NCBI GenBank assembly: GCA_965217865.1
Contig: CBDCJO010000002.1
Span: forward strand, 2,048,001-2,112,000
From: Candidatus Latescibacterota bacterium
GTDB taxonomy: Bacteria > Latescibacterota > UBA2968 > SICM01
Length of the DNA: 64,000 nt
Direction of reading: 5' to 3'
Under the pieces are notes generated by a model. The model did no database searches. It had not been told where the DNA came from and worked only from the letters and a program-made list of their open reading frames with translations. The translations under genes and the position numbers were made by a program. Position 1 is the stretch's first letter. Each line of letters begins with the position of its first letter. Shown one piece after another: positions 28,032-37,306 of this stretch.

Positions 28032-28934
28032 CTATCCGACCTCGACAACGGGCTCGACCATATCTTCCTTGAGATAAGCATAAGCCATGTGCTCCGTATT
28101 GTGATCCTGCGCGATGCGTCCCTCGCGGTCGATCAGGATGACACCACCGACACCCTGCACCCGGTCTGCCAGAACTCGGACCGCCTCCCCGGCAGCCTCC
28201 TGCGCCGGTTGATCGGAGGACATAAAATCCACTGCCTGCCGGGCCATGGAAATTCGGGCGATGCCTTCACCCCACCCCGTGCAGGACGCCCCACCCCCTG
28301 AAGCATCTGCGTAGAATCCGCATCCGATCAGCGGCACGTCACCCACTCGTCCCGGCCGTTTGTTCGGGCCGCCCCCGGTGGACGTACCCGAGGCCACGTG
28401 ACCTGATCGGTCGAAGGCCACAGCACCCACAGTTGAGAAGTCCTTCCGGCCGAACAGCTCATCCCTCCAGTCCGGAGAGGCGGATTGCATCCTGAGCCAC
28501 CGATCCCGCTCCCGTTCGACAACCAGGTCCGCCTCGGAGCAATCCGGGACGCCGACCTCCTTCGCGAACCGGGTGGCCCCCGGACCGGCGATCAGGATAT
28601 GCTCGCTCTCGAGAACCCGTCGGGACAGTGCGATGGGATTGCGGACCATGTGGACCGCGGCCACGGCACCGGCTGCGAGATTCGACCCATCCATAATTCC
28701 GGCATCCATCTCGACCTGACCGTCCGCATTCAGGGATGAACCCGTCCCCGCGTTAAAAGTCGGATCGTCCTCCATCCTGGCGATCGCCCCTTCTACCGCG
28801 TCCAGCGCGCTTCCCCCCTCACTAAGGATATCCCAGGCGAAGAGAACGGCTTCGCGGCACCCCTCGGAGTGGGGTTCGAGCTGGTCTTCGGGAATGCTCC
28901 AGGCCCCTCCGTGGACGATGACTCCGAGCGACAC
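28032..28934 (-). CDS. iaaA: Isoaspartyl peptidase / type 2 L-asparaginase (Ntn hydrolase)
   Basis: HGGAW, FNAGTGS, EMDAGIMDG, autoprocessing TVGAVA, TSTGG, GRVGDVPLIGCG and TGWGE. Confidence 0.9.
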   Translation of the reverse strand: MSLGVIVHGGAWSIPEDQLEPHSEGCREAVLFAWDILSEGGSALDAVEGAIARMEDDPTFNAGTGSSLNADGQVEMDAGIMDGSNLAAGAVAAVHMVRNPIALSRRVLESEHILIAGPGATRFAKEVGVPDCSEADLVVERERDRWLRMQSASPDWRDELFGRKDFSTVGAVAFDRSGHVASGTSTGGGPNKRPGRVGDVPLIGCGFYADASGGGASCTGWGEGIARISMARQAVDFMSSDQPAQEAAGEAVRVLADRVQGVGGVILIDREGRIAQDHNTEHMAYAYLKEDMVEPVVEVG

Positions 28935-28971
28935 GATTGTCCTCCTAAATTTCGATGGTTGCCGGTTCTTA

Positions 28972-29790
28972 TCAGTCCGCGGCGCTTCTTACAATACGCC
29001 GATAGATTTCAGTCTCCTCAAATGCTTCGAGGTCCCCCTCAAAGAAAATGATCTTGCCATGAATCGACGCACTTTCTCCGGGAGCCAGGTCCCCGATGAT
29101 CGGGTCCGCGTGCATACAGGGATGATTCGGATTCGCAACAATGGTGTGCGTATGTTCGAACCAGCTCATCGCAACCAGCTTTGGAGGTGTGGCCTGACCC
29201 ACCTGGTCTTGTCTGGAGACAAGCACCACGACTGGCAAATCGGCCAACCCTCTCCCCCCCTTCCATCCCACCCTGTATCTTCCCTCCTCCTCCGTGATGG
29301 CCCCTGTCTCGGCAAGGCTGACCCATCCGGTCTTGGGAACGTGGATGAATTTGTTGCTGTTGGTAAAGTCGGAAAACTCCCTGCTGCCTCGCAAGAATGC
29401 GCAGAATCGCGCCTTTGTGCCGGCCAGCGCCTCCGGGCTGTCGTTCACAACGTGAAACTCCATCCCTACGCTTGAGTCGTCGCGCTTCTCCAGTTTACCC
29501 CCGAAACGAATCCCGTTCGGAAGCATCCGATCAAAGTGTATCCCGTTCTCCTCCTGAATCCACTGGGCCCTGGGAAGATCCTGAAACAAAACGTCACTAT
29601 TGGATTTGTCATGGCTCAGATAAAGAGTATTGCGCTCCGTCTCAAATACCTCGGGAAAATCCAGCCAGATATAATCCTGGCTGGGCCACGAGGGACTTAT
29701 CCATGCGATCTGTTCGAACGGGTAATGCGGTCTCCACTGCCCCGGCAGGATCCTAATTCCCTTTGCGTGTGTGTAAAACGAATCAGGCAT
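28972..29790 (-). CDS. Conserved hypothetical beta-rich protein
   Basis: 272 aa with GAGGTG RBS, co-oriented. WLDFPE..LYLSH and NPNHPCMHADP motifs. Function not recognised. Confidence 0.55.
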   Translation of the reverse strand: MPDSFYTHAKGIRILPGQWRPHYPFEQIAWISPSWPSQDYIWLDFPEVFETERNTLYLSHDKSNSDVLFQDLPRAQWIQEENGIHFDRMLPNGIRFGGKLEKRDDSSVGMEFHVVNDSPEALAGTKARFCAFLRGSREFSDFTNSNKFIHVPKTGWVSLAETGAITEEEGRYRVGWKGGRGLADLPVVVLVSRQDQVGQATPPKLVAMSWFEHTHTIVANPNHPCMHADPIIGDLAPGESASIHGKIIFFEGDLEAFEETEIYRRIVRSAAD

Positions 29791-29883
29791 ATCATCTCAC
29801 CTCTAAACGCCCCAAACGGTCCAAGATCAGTCCCTTCTTGAAACCCTGAAACTTTGGACCCTTTACTGTTGGTTTCCTATTCA

Positions 29884-31107
29884 TCATTCATCCCTCATAA
29901 GCGCCAGGCACCTTTCATACACTTCGAACCGCTCCCCTTCCCTTTCCTCCGGGTCTACAAACTTAAACCAGAGCGCGCTTCCCGGTTTCTGATCGCTGAA
30001 TTCCCGGTGGCTCGTCCGATGCGAAGGGTCTCGGCCGTGCCAGACAACCTCCCCGTCCTGCAGATAGATGAACTCGCTCCGGAACCGGTCGATCATCTCC
30101 TCCGTCCGATCCCGATAGAGCAAACCCTGCTCGCACGCCGTCCGTCGAACCGTCGATACGATCTCCGGGGAATCGGACTCTGCCGAGTCGAAATCCGCGA
30201 GTGGAGCCTTCACCTCGCTTTCGAAGTCGATCTCATCCAGGTCCACGGTCCCGAATCCGCCCTGGGCGGCGACCAGCAGGGGATTGCGTTCACGCCGGAA
30301 CGGAGGCGCCGGCCAGTCGGACAAGGGATCGTGGCCCATCAGGTGGGCCCCGCAGGCATCCGTCGCCGTCACCTGGTCCCCCGCGATCAGCGCATCCGGG
30401 ACCCGGCCCTCACCCTCCCATTCCCATTCCGACTGACCTGTCAGCGCATCGATGATGTTCAGGCACGGCTGTGTGATCATCCCTAAGTCGGGCAGCATGT
30501 AGGAAAGCCGGATGGCGTGATGGAAATAAGTCCGAATGCGTCCGCCGGGTGCGTTCATTGGAGACATGCCGAACAGGTTCTTCATACAAAGCGTCACACC
30601 CATGAAATGGTGACTCTTCATCTTGGCGACGGAAACCACCGCATCCGCGTCCGAAAAACATGCGCTCAACAGATATTGGCCGAACATCATCCCCCCGCCC
30701 GGCACCCGGTAAATCTCGAACGGAGGCCTGTTCGAGTCCACGAAAGGAACGCCGAATTCTTTCAGGTGATGATCGAAGTTGAGGTTCGTCTGGCCGTCCG
30801 GCGAAGTGATCATCGTGTCCGTGACAACCAGTTCGGCATCCGTATGCTCCCTCAGGATGCGGAGCGTTGCCATGCAGACCGAGTCGTCGACAAGTTCCTG
30901 ACGTCGACCTTCGATATAAGTAATCCCGTAGGACGGCTTCATCATGTTGAACTTGATGACAACCTTCTTCGCCTTCTCGATCTTCTCCCACGACCGGGTA
31001 AGGGGGTCCGTGATACGCCTCAGGGTCCGGTAAACCTCCTCATCGGAGAAACGGTGGTCGCAGTGTGAGGCTCGCACTGTGTAAGACTGTTTATCCGAGG
31101 GGCTCAA
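29884..31107 (-). CDS. DUF362 family protein
   Basis: VVIKFN, DAVVSVAKMKSHHFMGVTLCMKNLFG, LNIIDAL and IAGDQVTATDACGAHLMG. Probable TTG start at 31107 after an AGGAG RBS. Confidence 0.85.
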   Translation of the reverse strand: MSPSDKQSYTVRASHCDHRFSDEEVYRTLRRITDPLTRSWEKIEKAKKVVIKFNMMKPSYGITYIEGRRQELVDDSVCMATLRILREHTDAELVVTDTMITSPDGQTNLNFDHHLKEFGVPFVDSNRPPFEIYRVPGGGMMFGQYLLSACFSDADAVVSVAKMKSHHFMGVTLCMKNLFGMSPMNAPGGRIRTYFHHAIRLSYMLPDLGMITQPCLNIIDALTGQSEWEWEGEGRVPDALIAGDQVTATDACGAHLMGHDPLSDWPAPPFRRERNPLLVAAQGGFGTVDLDEIDFESEVKAPLADFDSAESDSPEIVSTVRRTACEQGLLYRDRTEEMIDRFRSEFIYLQDGEVVWHGRDPSHRTSHREFSDQKPGSALWFKFVDPEEREGERFEVYERCLALMRDE

Positions 31108-31271
31108 AAGGTTTCTCCTTCCTGCGATCCGATGGACCCTTCCCTCCACTTCTCGGATCGTCTTAGCGATTCCCGATTCAAGCAATTTACAAATTGACTG
31201 GATTCATACGATCGAAGCCCAATATAATAAAATCCCGCGGCAAGAACTATGATGTTTGCCCGAAACCATAT

Positions 31272-31304
31272 AAAAAACGAGGGCACCGCGTGCCGTGCCC
31301 TTCG
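31272..31304 (-). terminator. Hairpin plus U-tract (intrinsic terminator or REP-like palindrome)
   Basis: Minus strand reads CGAAGGGCAC-GGCACGCG-GTGCCCTCG-TTTTTT. Confidence 0.55.
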
Positions 31305-31550
31305 CTGAAGATCTAAATCGATACTTGGCTACTCGGATCTTCGCCCTCGAGGTCGCGATTATCGCCCGATCGAGGTCCAGATCAGAGTTTGATCTGCCGT
31401 AAAGGGGTTGCCTGGAGCGACAACTCTTTATATCTATATGCCAGCTGTATACCAAGGCCGGAACTGTGGACATCAACTGCCCATTCGATGACGAGGCCTG
31501 ACATCTACGATAAGGCCGCGATTAAAACATACCCTTAATTCCAATTTCCC

Positions 31551-32678
31551 ATGACCAATGCCGCGTCTATGAAAGTCCCATCTCGAGTAGTGATCTGTGG
31601 CGGGGGTGTCATCGGGGCGTCGATCGCCTATTTTCTGAGCCTGAGGAACGTCGAGGCAATCGTGGTCGAGCGGACCCGTGTCGCCAATGCCGCATCGGGA
31701 AAATCGGGTGGTTTTCTGGCGCTCGACTGGTGCCGCGGCACGCCCGTCGATGCCCTAGCCAGGCGGAGCTTCGCACTCCACGGGGAATTGGCATCGACCC
31801 TCGGAGCCGAGCTGAACCTGGATTGGGGGTACCGCAGGCTGGACACCTTGAGCGTTGCCGCCAGCGAGCAGCGGGACTTCAGCGCCCTGGCTCGCATGGA
31901 ATCTCCGAGTTGGCTCGGGCCCAGGGCGGCCGTACACGCCAAGATCGGCACCGAGAAGACCACGGCCCAGGTGCACCCGGCCCAGTTCACGCAGGGCATG
32001 ATGACGGCGGCCGAAGCTAAGGGTGCGAAGCTCGTTATTGCAACGGTCGAAGGGGTGGTCCTGTCGAGCGACGGCCGACAAGTCGCAGGTGTTCTCGCAA
32101 ACGGCGAGACGCTGGAGGCGGATGCCGTGGTGATCGCCATGGGGCCCTGGTCGATTCTCGCCTGCAAGTGGCTGCCGCTGCCCGCGGTATACGGCCTCAA
32201 GGGCCACAGCCTGGTGTTCCGCTTTTCCCCACCGGACCCGCGCGAGCTCTTCGTCGAGATCGAGACCCAAGCTGGCGACATCGAGACGCCGGAGGTGATA
32301 CCGCGGACCGACGGCACGACCTATGTCTGCGGTCTGTCGGGTGAGGCGCCGCTGCCGGTTGATCCTGCCCAGGTGACGGAGGATCCCGGGGCGCCCGATC
32401 GCCTGCGCGCCATGACCGCGGCGTTTGCTCCCGAACTGGGTGCGTCAGAGGTGCTGGCGGTGCAGGCCTGCTATCGCCCGGTGACAGCGGACGGCTTGCC
32501 GTTGATAGGGTGGGTGCCGGGCGTGGAGGGGGCATTCGTCGCTACCGGACACAGTGTCTGGGGGATGTTGAACGGACCGGCCACGGGAGAGGCGATGGCA
32601 GAGCTAATTGTGGACGGCGAGGCAACAACAGTAAATATTACGCAGTTCGATCCGGGGCGACTGGCGCCGGAATCCTAG
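31551..32678 (+). CDS. FAD-dependent oxidoreductase, DAO family
   Basis: VVICGGGVIGAS, ASGKSGGFLALDW, QACYRPVTADGLPLIG and ATGHSVWGMLNGPATG. Confidence 0.9.
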   Translation: MTNAASMKVPSRVVICGGGVIGASIAYFLSLRNVEAIVVERTRVANAASGKSGGFLALDWCRGTPVDALARRSFALHGELASTLGAELNLDWGYRRLDTLSVAASEQRDFSALARMESPSWLGPRAAVHAKIGTEKTTAQVHPAQFTQGMMTAAEAKGAKLVIATVEGVVLSSDGRQVAGVLANGETLEADAVVIAMGPWSILACKWLPLPAVYGLKGHSLVFRFSPPDPRELFVEIETQAGDIETPEVIPRTDGTTYVCGLSGEAPLPVDPAQVTEDPGAPDRLRAMTAAFAPELGASEVLAVQACYRPVTADGLPLIGWVPGVEGAFVATGHSVWGMLNGPATGEAMAELIVDGEATTVNITQFDPGRLAPES

Positions 32679-32691
32679 GGAGGGATGGGGC

Positions 32692-33390
32692 CTAGTCACG
32701 CGCGCACCAGCGTATGCCGCGCTCGATGAGAGTGCGAAAACTGGGATTCGACCACGCCAGTTAGTCGTGGCCCAACTGCAGACAGAAGACGCGGGAATTG
32801 CCGTACTGCCGAGTCCAGGCCAGGGTGTGCATGCTTTTCGGGTGCTTCGTCGTCAGCAGCACTTCACAGTCATCGCCGGCGTCGACCATCTGATAGCTTT
32901 CGTCAATGCATTCAAATGGTTCGAGTCCCTGTGTGATGGGGTGATCCGTATCCGTAACTTCGACGATCAAACGCTGGCCAAACGACCAATCGTGGAGTGT
33001 GCGGTCGGCGATTCCGACGATGTCCCTCCAGACATTCCACTCCGGATAATTGAGTAAAGCGTGGTGCCAGACGAAAATCCCCTGCCCCATTTGACCCAGG
33101 TCGTCGAGAGCCGCTTTGGGAGCGCCGCGGTACCACGGAATACCTTCGTCTTTCGGTTCCCCTTCGAGCATGCAGTAGAAGACGACGACTTCGTATTCTC
33201 TTCTCGTCGTGACGGGGTCGAAGTCATTGCCTTCCGAACGCCCGATCGACTGTGGAATAGCGGCGAAGTTGTCCATGTGCTGGACGTAGGCATCGATGCC
33301 GGGCAGACTTCGAAAGAGTTCGTCCAATCCCTGAACGTCGAAGGGATGCCCGCCAGTAACCACGGCAACTTTTAACGGTCGTTCACGCAT
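32692..33390 (-). pseudogene. ThuA-domain (class I GATase-like) protein with premature TAA
   Basis: VVTGGHPFD, HPITQG, DESY, WTRQYGNSRVFCLQLGHD, then TAA at 32761-32763. The same frame continues LAWSNPSFRTLIERGIRWCARD*, the typical ThuA C-terminal helix. Confidence 0.8.
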
Positions 33391-33468
33391 AGATCCGACT
33401 CCGCTGTCCACGGTTGACTATTCCCGCTGCAGTGGCTTACTATTATCCTTCACCCTCTTCTCAAACGT

Positions 33469-34377
33469 GTGCAGATGTCGGAGATCAACTACAGGATTGC
33501 CACACCCGAAGACTTCGCCGAGACTTGGGACGTCGCCAGCGAGGCGATCGGCGACTTCAGGCTCGGAAAACACAACATCGATTCCGCTCCACCGACAGCG
33601 CTGCAACCGCGAGACCACAATTGCCGCGCTTATGTGCACAGGTTCCATCGGGAGTCCTTCTGGGTGGCCGAGAGTGGGTCTCGTATCGTCGGTTTTACTT
33701 TTTCGTGGCGCAGTCCAGACCGATGGTACCTGGGAGCGCTGCACGTGCGTCCCGACTATCAGGGTCGGGGTATTGGCACCCGGCTCATGGAGCGGGCACT
33801 GAAATCGGCCCAGCCTGCAGATGTGCGCTGCGTCATAGCGGACGCGATCCAGGCGCCGGCCAAGATGCTCTACATCCGTGCGGGAATGCTGCCATGGCTG
33901 CCCCTGATCGAATGGGCAGGCGCGGTTCCCGACCTGGACGAGGATTCGCAGGGGGCCTCGTTCCGAACTGTGACGTCACCTGACCCCCTCGCATCCATCG
34001 ATGAAGCTGTCCTCGGATTTCAGCGGCCGGCCGAGCACAAGGTTTGGATGCAGAACCCGGAGATGATGTGCGGACTCCTTTCGATCGACAATGTGCCCAC
34101 GGGTTACGTGCACCTCTCGAAGGAGGGGGATATCGGTCCGCTGGCGACGGTGTCAGAACCGATGGCGAAACCGCTGCTGCACTGGGCGCTCGCGAGGTTG
34201 AAGGAGCACGGGGTCGAGCACGTTCACCTGAAAGTCCCGGGTCTGGCACCGAGCATTCAGGAAGCGATCGTTGACGCACGGCTCAGAATGCGCGAACCCG
34301 CACAGGTGATTCTGTCATCGAAACCCCTGTGGACTCCCGGGCAGTACCTCGTCTCGGCCGCCGACGCTATCATGTAG
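33469..34377 (+). CDS. GNAT family N-acetyltransferase (two-domain)
   Basis: LHVRPDYQGRGIGTRLM acetyl-CoA motif; second domain with IGPLA. Confidence 0.85.
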   Translation: MQMSEINYRIATPEDFAETWDVASEAIGDFRLGKHNIDSAPPTALQPRDHNCRAYVHRFHRESFWVAESGSRIVGFTFSWRSPDRWYLGALHVRPDYQGRGIGTRLMERALKSAQPADVRCVIADAIQAPAKMLYIRAGMLPWLPLIEWAGAVPDLDEDSQGASFRTVTSPDPLASIDEAVLGFQRPAEHKVWMQNPEMMCGLLSIDNVPTGYVHLSKEGDIGPLATVSEPMAKPLLHWALARLKEHGVEHVHLKVPGLAPSIQEAIVDARLRMREPAQVILSSKPLWTPGQYLVSAADAIM

Positions 34378-34390
34378 CCCCCTGGGTGTA

Positions 34391-35224
34391 TTACAACAAC
34401 GTGCGCAAGTAGCCGATCCCTCGCGATACTGCCTCCCATGGGTCGTCCAGGCCTTCATATTCCACTGATATTGTGCCGGTGTAGTTCAGTTCTCGCAACC
34501 GCCGAGTCACTCCTGGTAGATCGACGATCCCTTCACCCAGCGCTTTGCCGCTGAACAGACGTCCATCGATTCCGGGCCAGGCACCCGGCCGCTCTTGGGC
34601 GACGATCTCCCAGTCCTTGAAGTGAACGTGAACCACATGGGAGTACACCTTGTTCAGCGCCTCAACTGAATCTTCGGCAGCCATGAGGAAATTGCCCACG
34701 TCGTAGGTCAGCCTGAGCTCGGGGAAGTCCTCGCACAGGGAAATGAGAGCGCCGCTCTTTCCGTAGATATCAGCGCGAAAACCGAGATTAGCGAGTATAA
34801 AGGTGATGCCCAGCTCTCGCGCGACAGGAAGGCACTCATCGATCGCCACCTTCATCCACTCCTGACATTCATCGACCCTGAATCCGCTGTCGAGTGCGGG
34901 TAGCCCGGGCAGTATCAGCACGTGGTGAGCCGCAAGCCGCTTCGCTGAAACCTCGAGTCGCTCCTGAAACCGTTCCGTACGCACTTTGCGCACTTCGGGG
35001 TCTCGCGAGACGACGTCCAACTCGCCGTCCAGCACGGCCACGGTCATGTCGGCCTCGCCCAGGGCGTCGGCGAGGGCCGGAATTTCGTCATCCTCCAGGA
35101 AGGGGTCGTAGATCTCCATTTTGTTCAGGCCGAGGTCGTGAAAGAATCGGACGACGGCCACGTTGTCGACTGTGACGCGCTCAAGCATACCTCCGAAACT
35201 GTAGCTGTATCCACAAATCTCCAT
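34391..35224 (-). CDS. Sugar phosphate isomerase/epimerase (xylose-isomerase-like TIM barrel)
   Basis: LTYDVGNF, VHVHFKD, LGEGIVD and YTGTISVEYEG. The usual first Glu reads LAN instead of LEN. Confidence 0.85.
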   Translation of the reverse strand: MEICGYSYSFGGMLERVTVDNVAVVRFFHDLGLNKMEIYDPFLEDDEIPALADALGEADMTVAVLDGELDVVSRDPEVRKVRTERFQERLEVSAKRLAAHHVLILPGLPALDSGFRVDECQEWMKVAIDECLPVARELGITFILANLGFRADIYGKSGALISLCEDFPELRLTYDVGNFLMAAEDSVEALNKVYSHVVHVHFKDWEIVAQERPGAWPGIDGRLFSGKALGEGIVDLPGVTRRLRELNYTGTISVEYEGLDDPWEAVSRGIGYLRTLL

Positions 35225-35299
35225 GGCAGAGCCTCACTTTCGAGAGTGTCTTGTGTTCGTCGCGCGTTTAGGCAGGTATTGGGTATTATCGAGCGCCCC

Positions 35300-35783
35300 T
35301 CACCCCTGGGCGAACTCGAGGATCACGCCGCACGTCTGATCCTGCGGCACTCTTACGACTCCAGGTCCGCTCGGACCGATCTCGACCTCGTTCTCGCTGA
35401 GCAAAGCCCGCGGTGCCGCCACTAACCGGAGCGTCGAGCAGATGGACGTCTTTCGAACGAGCAGCGTCAGCGATGCGTTGGATTGTCTCCGGATCGGTGG
35501 TGCTCAGGTCGACGATGGTCGACTGGGGAGCAGCAGCGGGGAGGATGCCGGCTTCACCGGCGCAAACAGACTCTACATCACGTGGCAGGGGGAGCGAGGT
35601 GAATATCAGTTCGCTGGCTTTCGCGACCTCGCCAGGAGTTTCAGCCCAGGACGCTCCCCCGGACAGCAGTTCTTCGGCCGAATCCTTCCGCAGGTCGGAG
35701 ACCGTCAGTTGGTGGCCGCCAGCCAGCAGATTGCGCGCTATCCAGCGCCCCATGAGTCCGATGCCGATAAACCCTATTTTCAT
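35300..35783 (-). pseudogene. Truncated 3-hydroxyisobutyrate/tartronate-semialdehyde dehydrogenase-family gene fused by deletion to the 3' end of another gene
   Basis: KIGFIGIGLMG..FTSLP..VDLST..LDAPVSGGTAG, then abrupt loss of homology at ~35410. An alternative frame gives RALLSENEVEIGPSGPGVVRVPQDQTCGVILEFAQG* (VOC/glyoxalase-like C-terminus). Confidence 0.7.
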
Positions 35784-35859
35784 TGTGAGCCCTCATGTAT
35801 TTTACCTGTGGTCGTCCCCTCAGACGATACCCTCGGTAGCAGTCGGGTTGGCTCCGCCG

Positions 35860-37281
35860 CTAGTCGAGTTCCCCCTCTGCGCGAAGCAGTCGCACGGTCT
35901 GTCGGAAGGCGTCCACGGTCACTGCCAGGTCGTCGTCGTCGTGGACAGCCGACACGGTTGAACCCGGCCATCCCTGGATGTCCACGCCGTGCAACAAGAC
36001 GCCGATCCGCACCTTCAGGCGCAGGGAGGGAGCGACCGGTGCCTTGATCGCGTCGAAGTCGTGCTCGCCCGCCTCGATACGTTGGCGGTTGGTGGACACG
36101 TGCTCGGGATTGAGGAAGACGTGGAATCCCCCGAAGGTGCCGTAGGCGACCCAGCTCGCGCTCTCGGCGGAAAACATTTCGTTCAATCCATCGATGAGGC
36201 GATTGCCGTAGTCGATCGCTCGCTGGCAGACATCCGTGGTCTGGACGAGATGTAGAGCGGCGATGCCCGCCGCGCAGGTGGTGGGCCCGGCGTTGAAGGT
36301 GCCCATGTGGAACACCTTCTCCTCGTCGTCCTCGGCCGCCTGCCGGAAGTCGAGGAGGTCGAGAATCTCTTTGCGTCCGGCTAGGGCGGCCCCGGGCAAC
36401 CCTCCCGAAACGATCTTGCCCAGTGTAGCCAGATCTGGCGTTATGCCCAGGGCCTCCTGGGCGCCGCCTGGCGCACAGCGGAAACCGCTGATCACCTCGT
36501 CGAAGATCAGCACAGTGCCGCTCTCGCTGGCCAGTTGCCGCAGTCCTGCGACAAAGGCGGGTGTGGTGGGCACCTGTCCCCAGACCGAGCCGGTCGGTTC
36601 GAGGATGATGGCGGCCACGTCTTCTTCTCGCAGGATTCGCGCCGTCTTCTCCAGATCGTTCGGCGGTGCGAGCAGCACGCTTTCGGAGGTCCCTGCAGGT
36701 ACGCCACGGGCGGAAGAGCCGTCGAAGTGTGACATAAAACCGCCCGCAGCGTAGTCGTGCCAGCCGTGGAAATGTCCCTTTAAGCGCAGGATCTTATCGC
36801 GGCCGGTGTAGGCGCGCGCCAGCCGGAAGGCGAGCATAGTGGCCTCCGTGCCCGAATTGGTAAGCCGCACGCGCTCGGCACAGGGGACCATCTGCTGGAT
36901 AAGTTCCCCCCACTCGAGTTCGAGCTCGTGGTTTGCGCCGTAGTGGGTGCCCTTGACGAGTTGTTCCCGCACAGCCTGGGTAACAGCCGGATGGTTGTGG
37001 CCCAACAGGAGCGCGCCGTGGCCCCCCGGATAGTCCACGTACTCGTTACCGTCCACATCCCACTTCCTGGACCCGTCAGCCCGGGTCACATAGATGCCGT
37101 GGGGTTCGATATAGCGGGCATCGTGGGTGATGCCGCTGGGAAAGACTTTTCGGGCCCGCTCGGCCAGCGACGCGGAGGTGGCCGTCTTGCGGCAATAGGC
37201 CTCGACCAGAGGCGAGTCGTTCCGGTCCAACGGTCCATGTGGATAGACGGCGGGCAGGGCGGCAGTTTGTGTATCGGACAT
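35860..37281 (-). CDS. Class III PLP aminotransferase (glutamate-1-semialdehyde aminomutase-like)
   Basis: WDVDGNEYVD, LLGHNHP, NSGTEAT, FHGWHD, LIFDEVISGFR, PDLATLGKIVSGGLPG and HMGTFNA. GGAGG RBS before the ATG at 37281. Confidence 0.9.
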   Translation of the reverse strand: MSDTQTAALPAVYPHGPLDRNDSPLVEAYCRKTATSASLAERARKVFPSGITHDARYIEPHGIYVTRADGSRKWDVDGNEYVDYPGGHGALLLGHNHPAVTQAVREQLVKGTHYGANHELELEWGELIQQMVPCAERVRLTNSGTEATMLAFRLARAYTGRDKILRLKGHFHGWHDYAAGGFMSHFDGSSARGVPAGTSESVLLAPPNDLEKTARILREEDVAAIILEPTGSVWGQVPTTPAFVAGLRQLASESGTVLIFDEVISGFRCAPGGAQEALGITPDLATLGKIVSGGLPGAALAGRKEILDLLDFRQAAEDDEEKVFHMGTFNAGPTTCAAGIAALHLVQTTDVCQRAIDYGNRLIDGLNEMFSAESASWVAYGTFGGFHVFLNPEHVSTNRQRIEAGEHDFDAIKAPVAPSLRLKVRIGVLLHGVDIQGWPGSTVSAVHDDDDLAVTVDAFRQTVRLLRAEGELD

Positions 37282-37306
37282 GGGATCATCCTCCAAAATA
37301 GCAGAG

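Noticed and set aside
31382-31504. 40-aa minus-strand ORF MSGLVIEWAVDVHSSGLG... upstream of the hairpin at 31272-31304
   Set aside because: No clear RBS or motif. It could be a remnant but cannot be supported.
32761-32763. Stop-codon recoding (Sec/Pyl or alternative genetic code) in the ThuA gene
   Set aside because: The codon is TAA, not TGA/TAG, and TAA, TAG and TGA all terminate other genes in the window normally.
35860-37281. Housekeeping hemL
   Set aside because: It is divergent (ITHDAR rather than the usual GVNSPVR), has no hem neighbours and lies in an accessory block, so no gene symbol was given.
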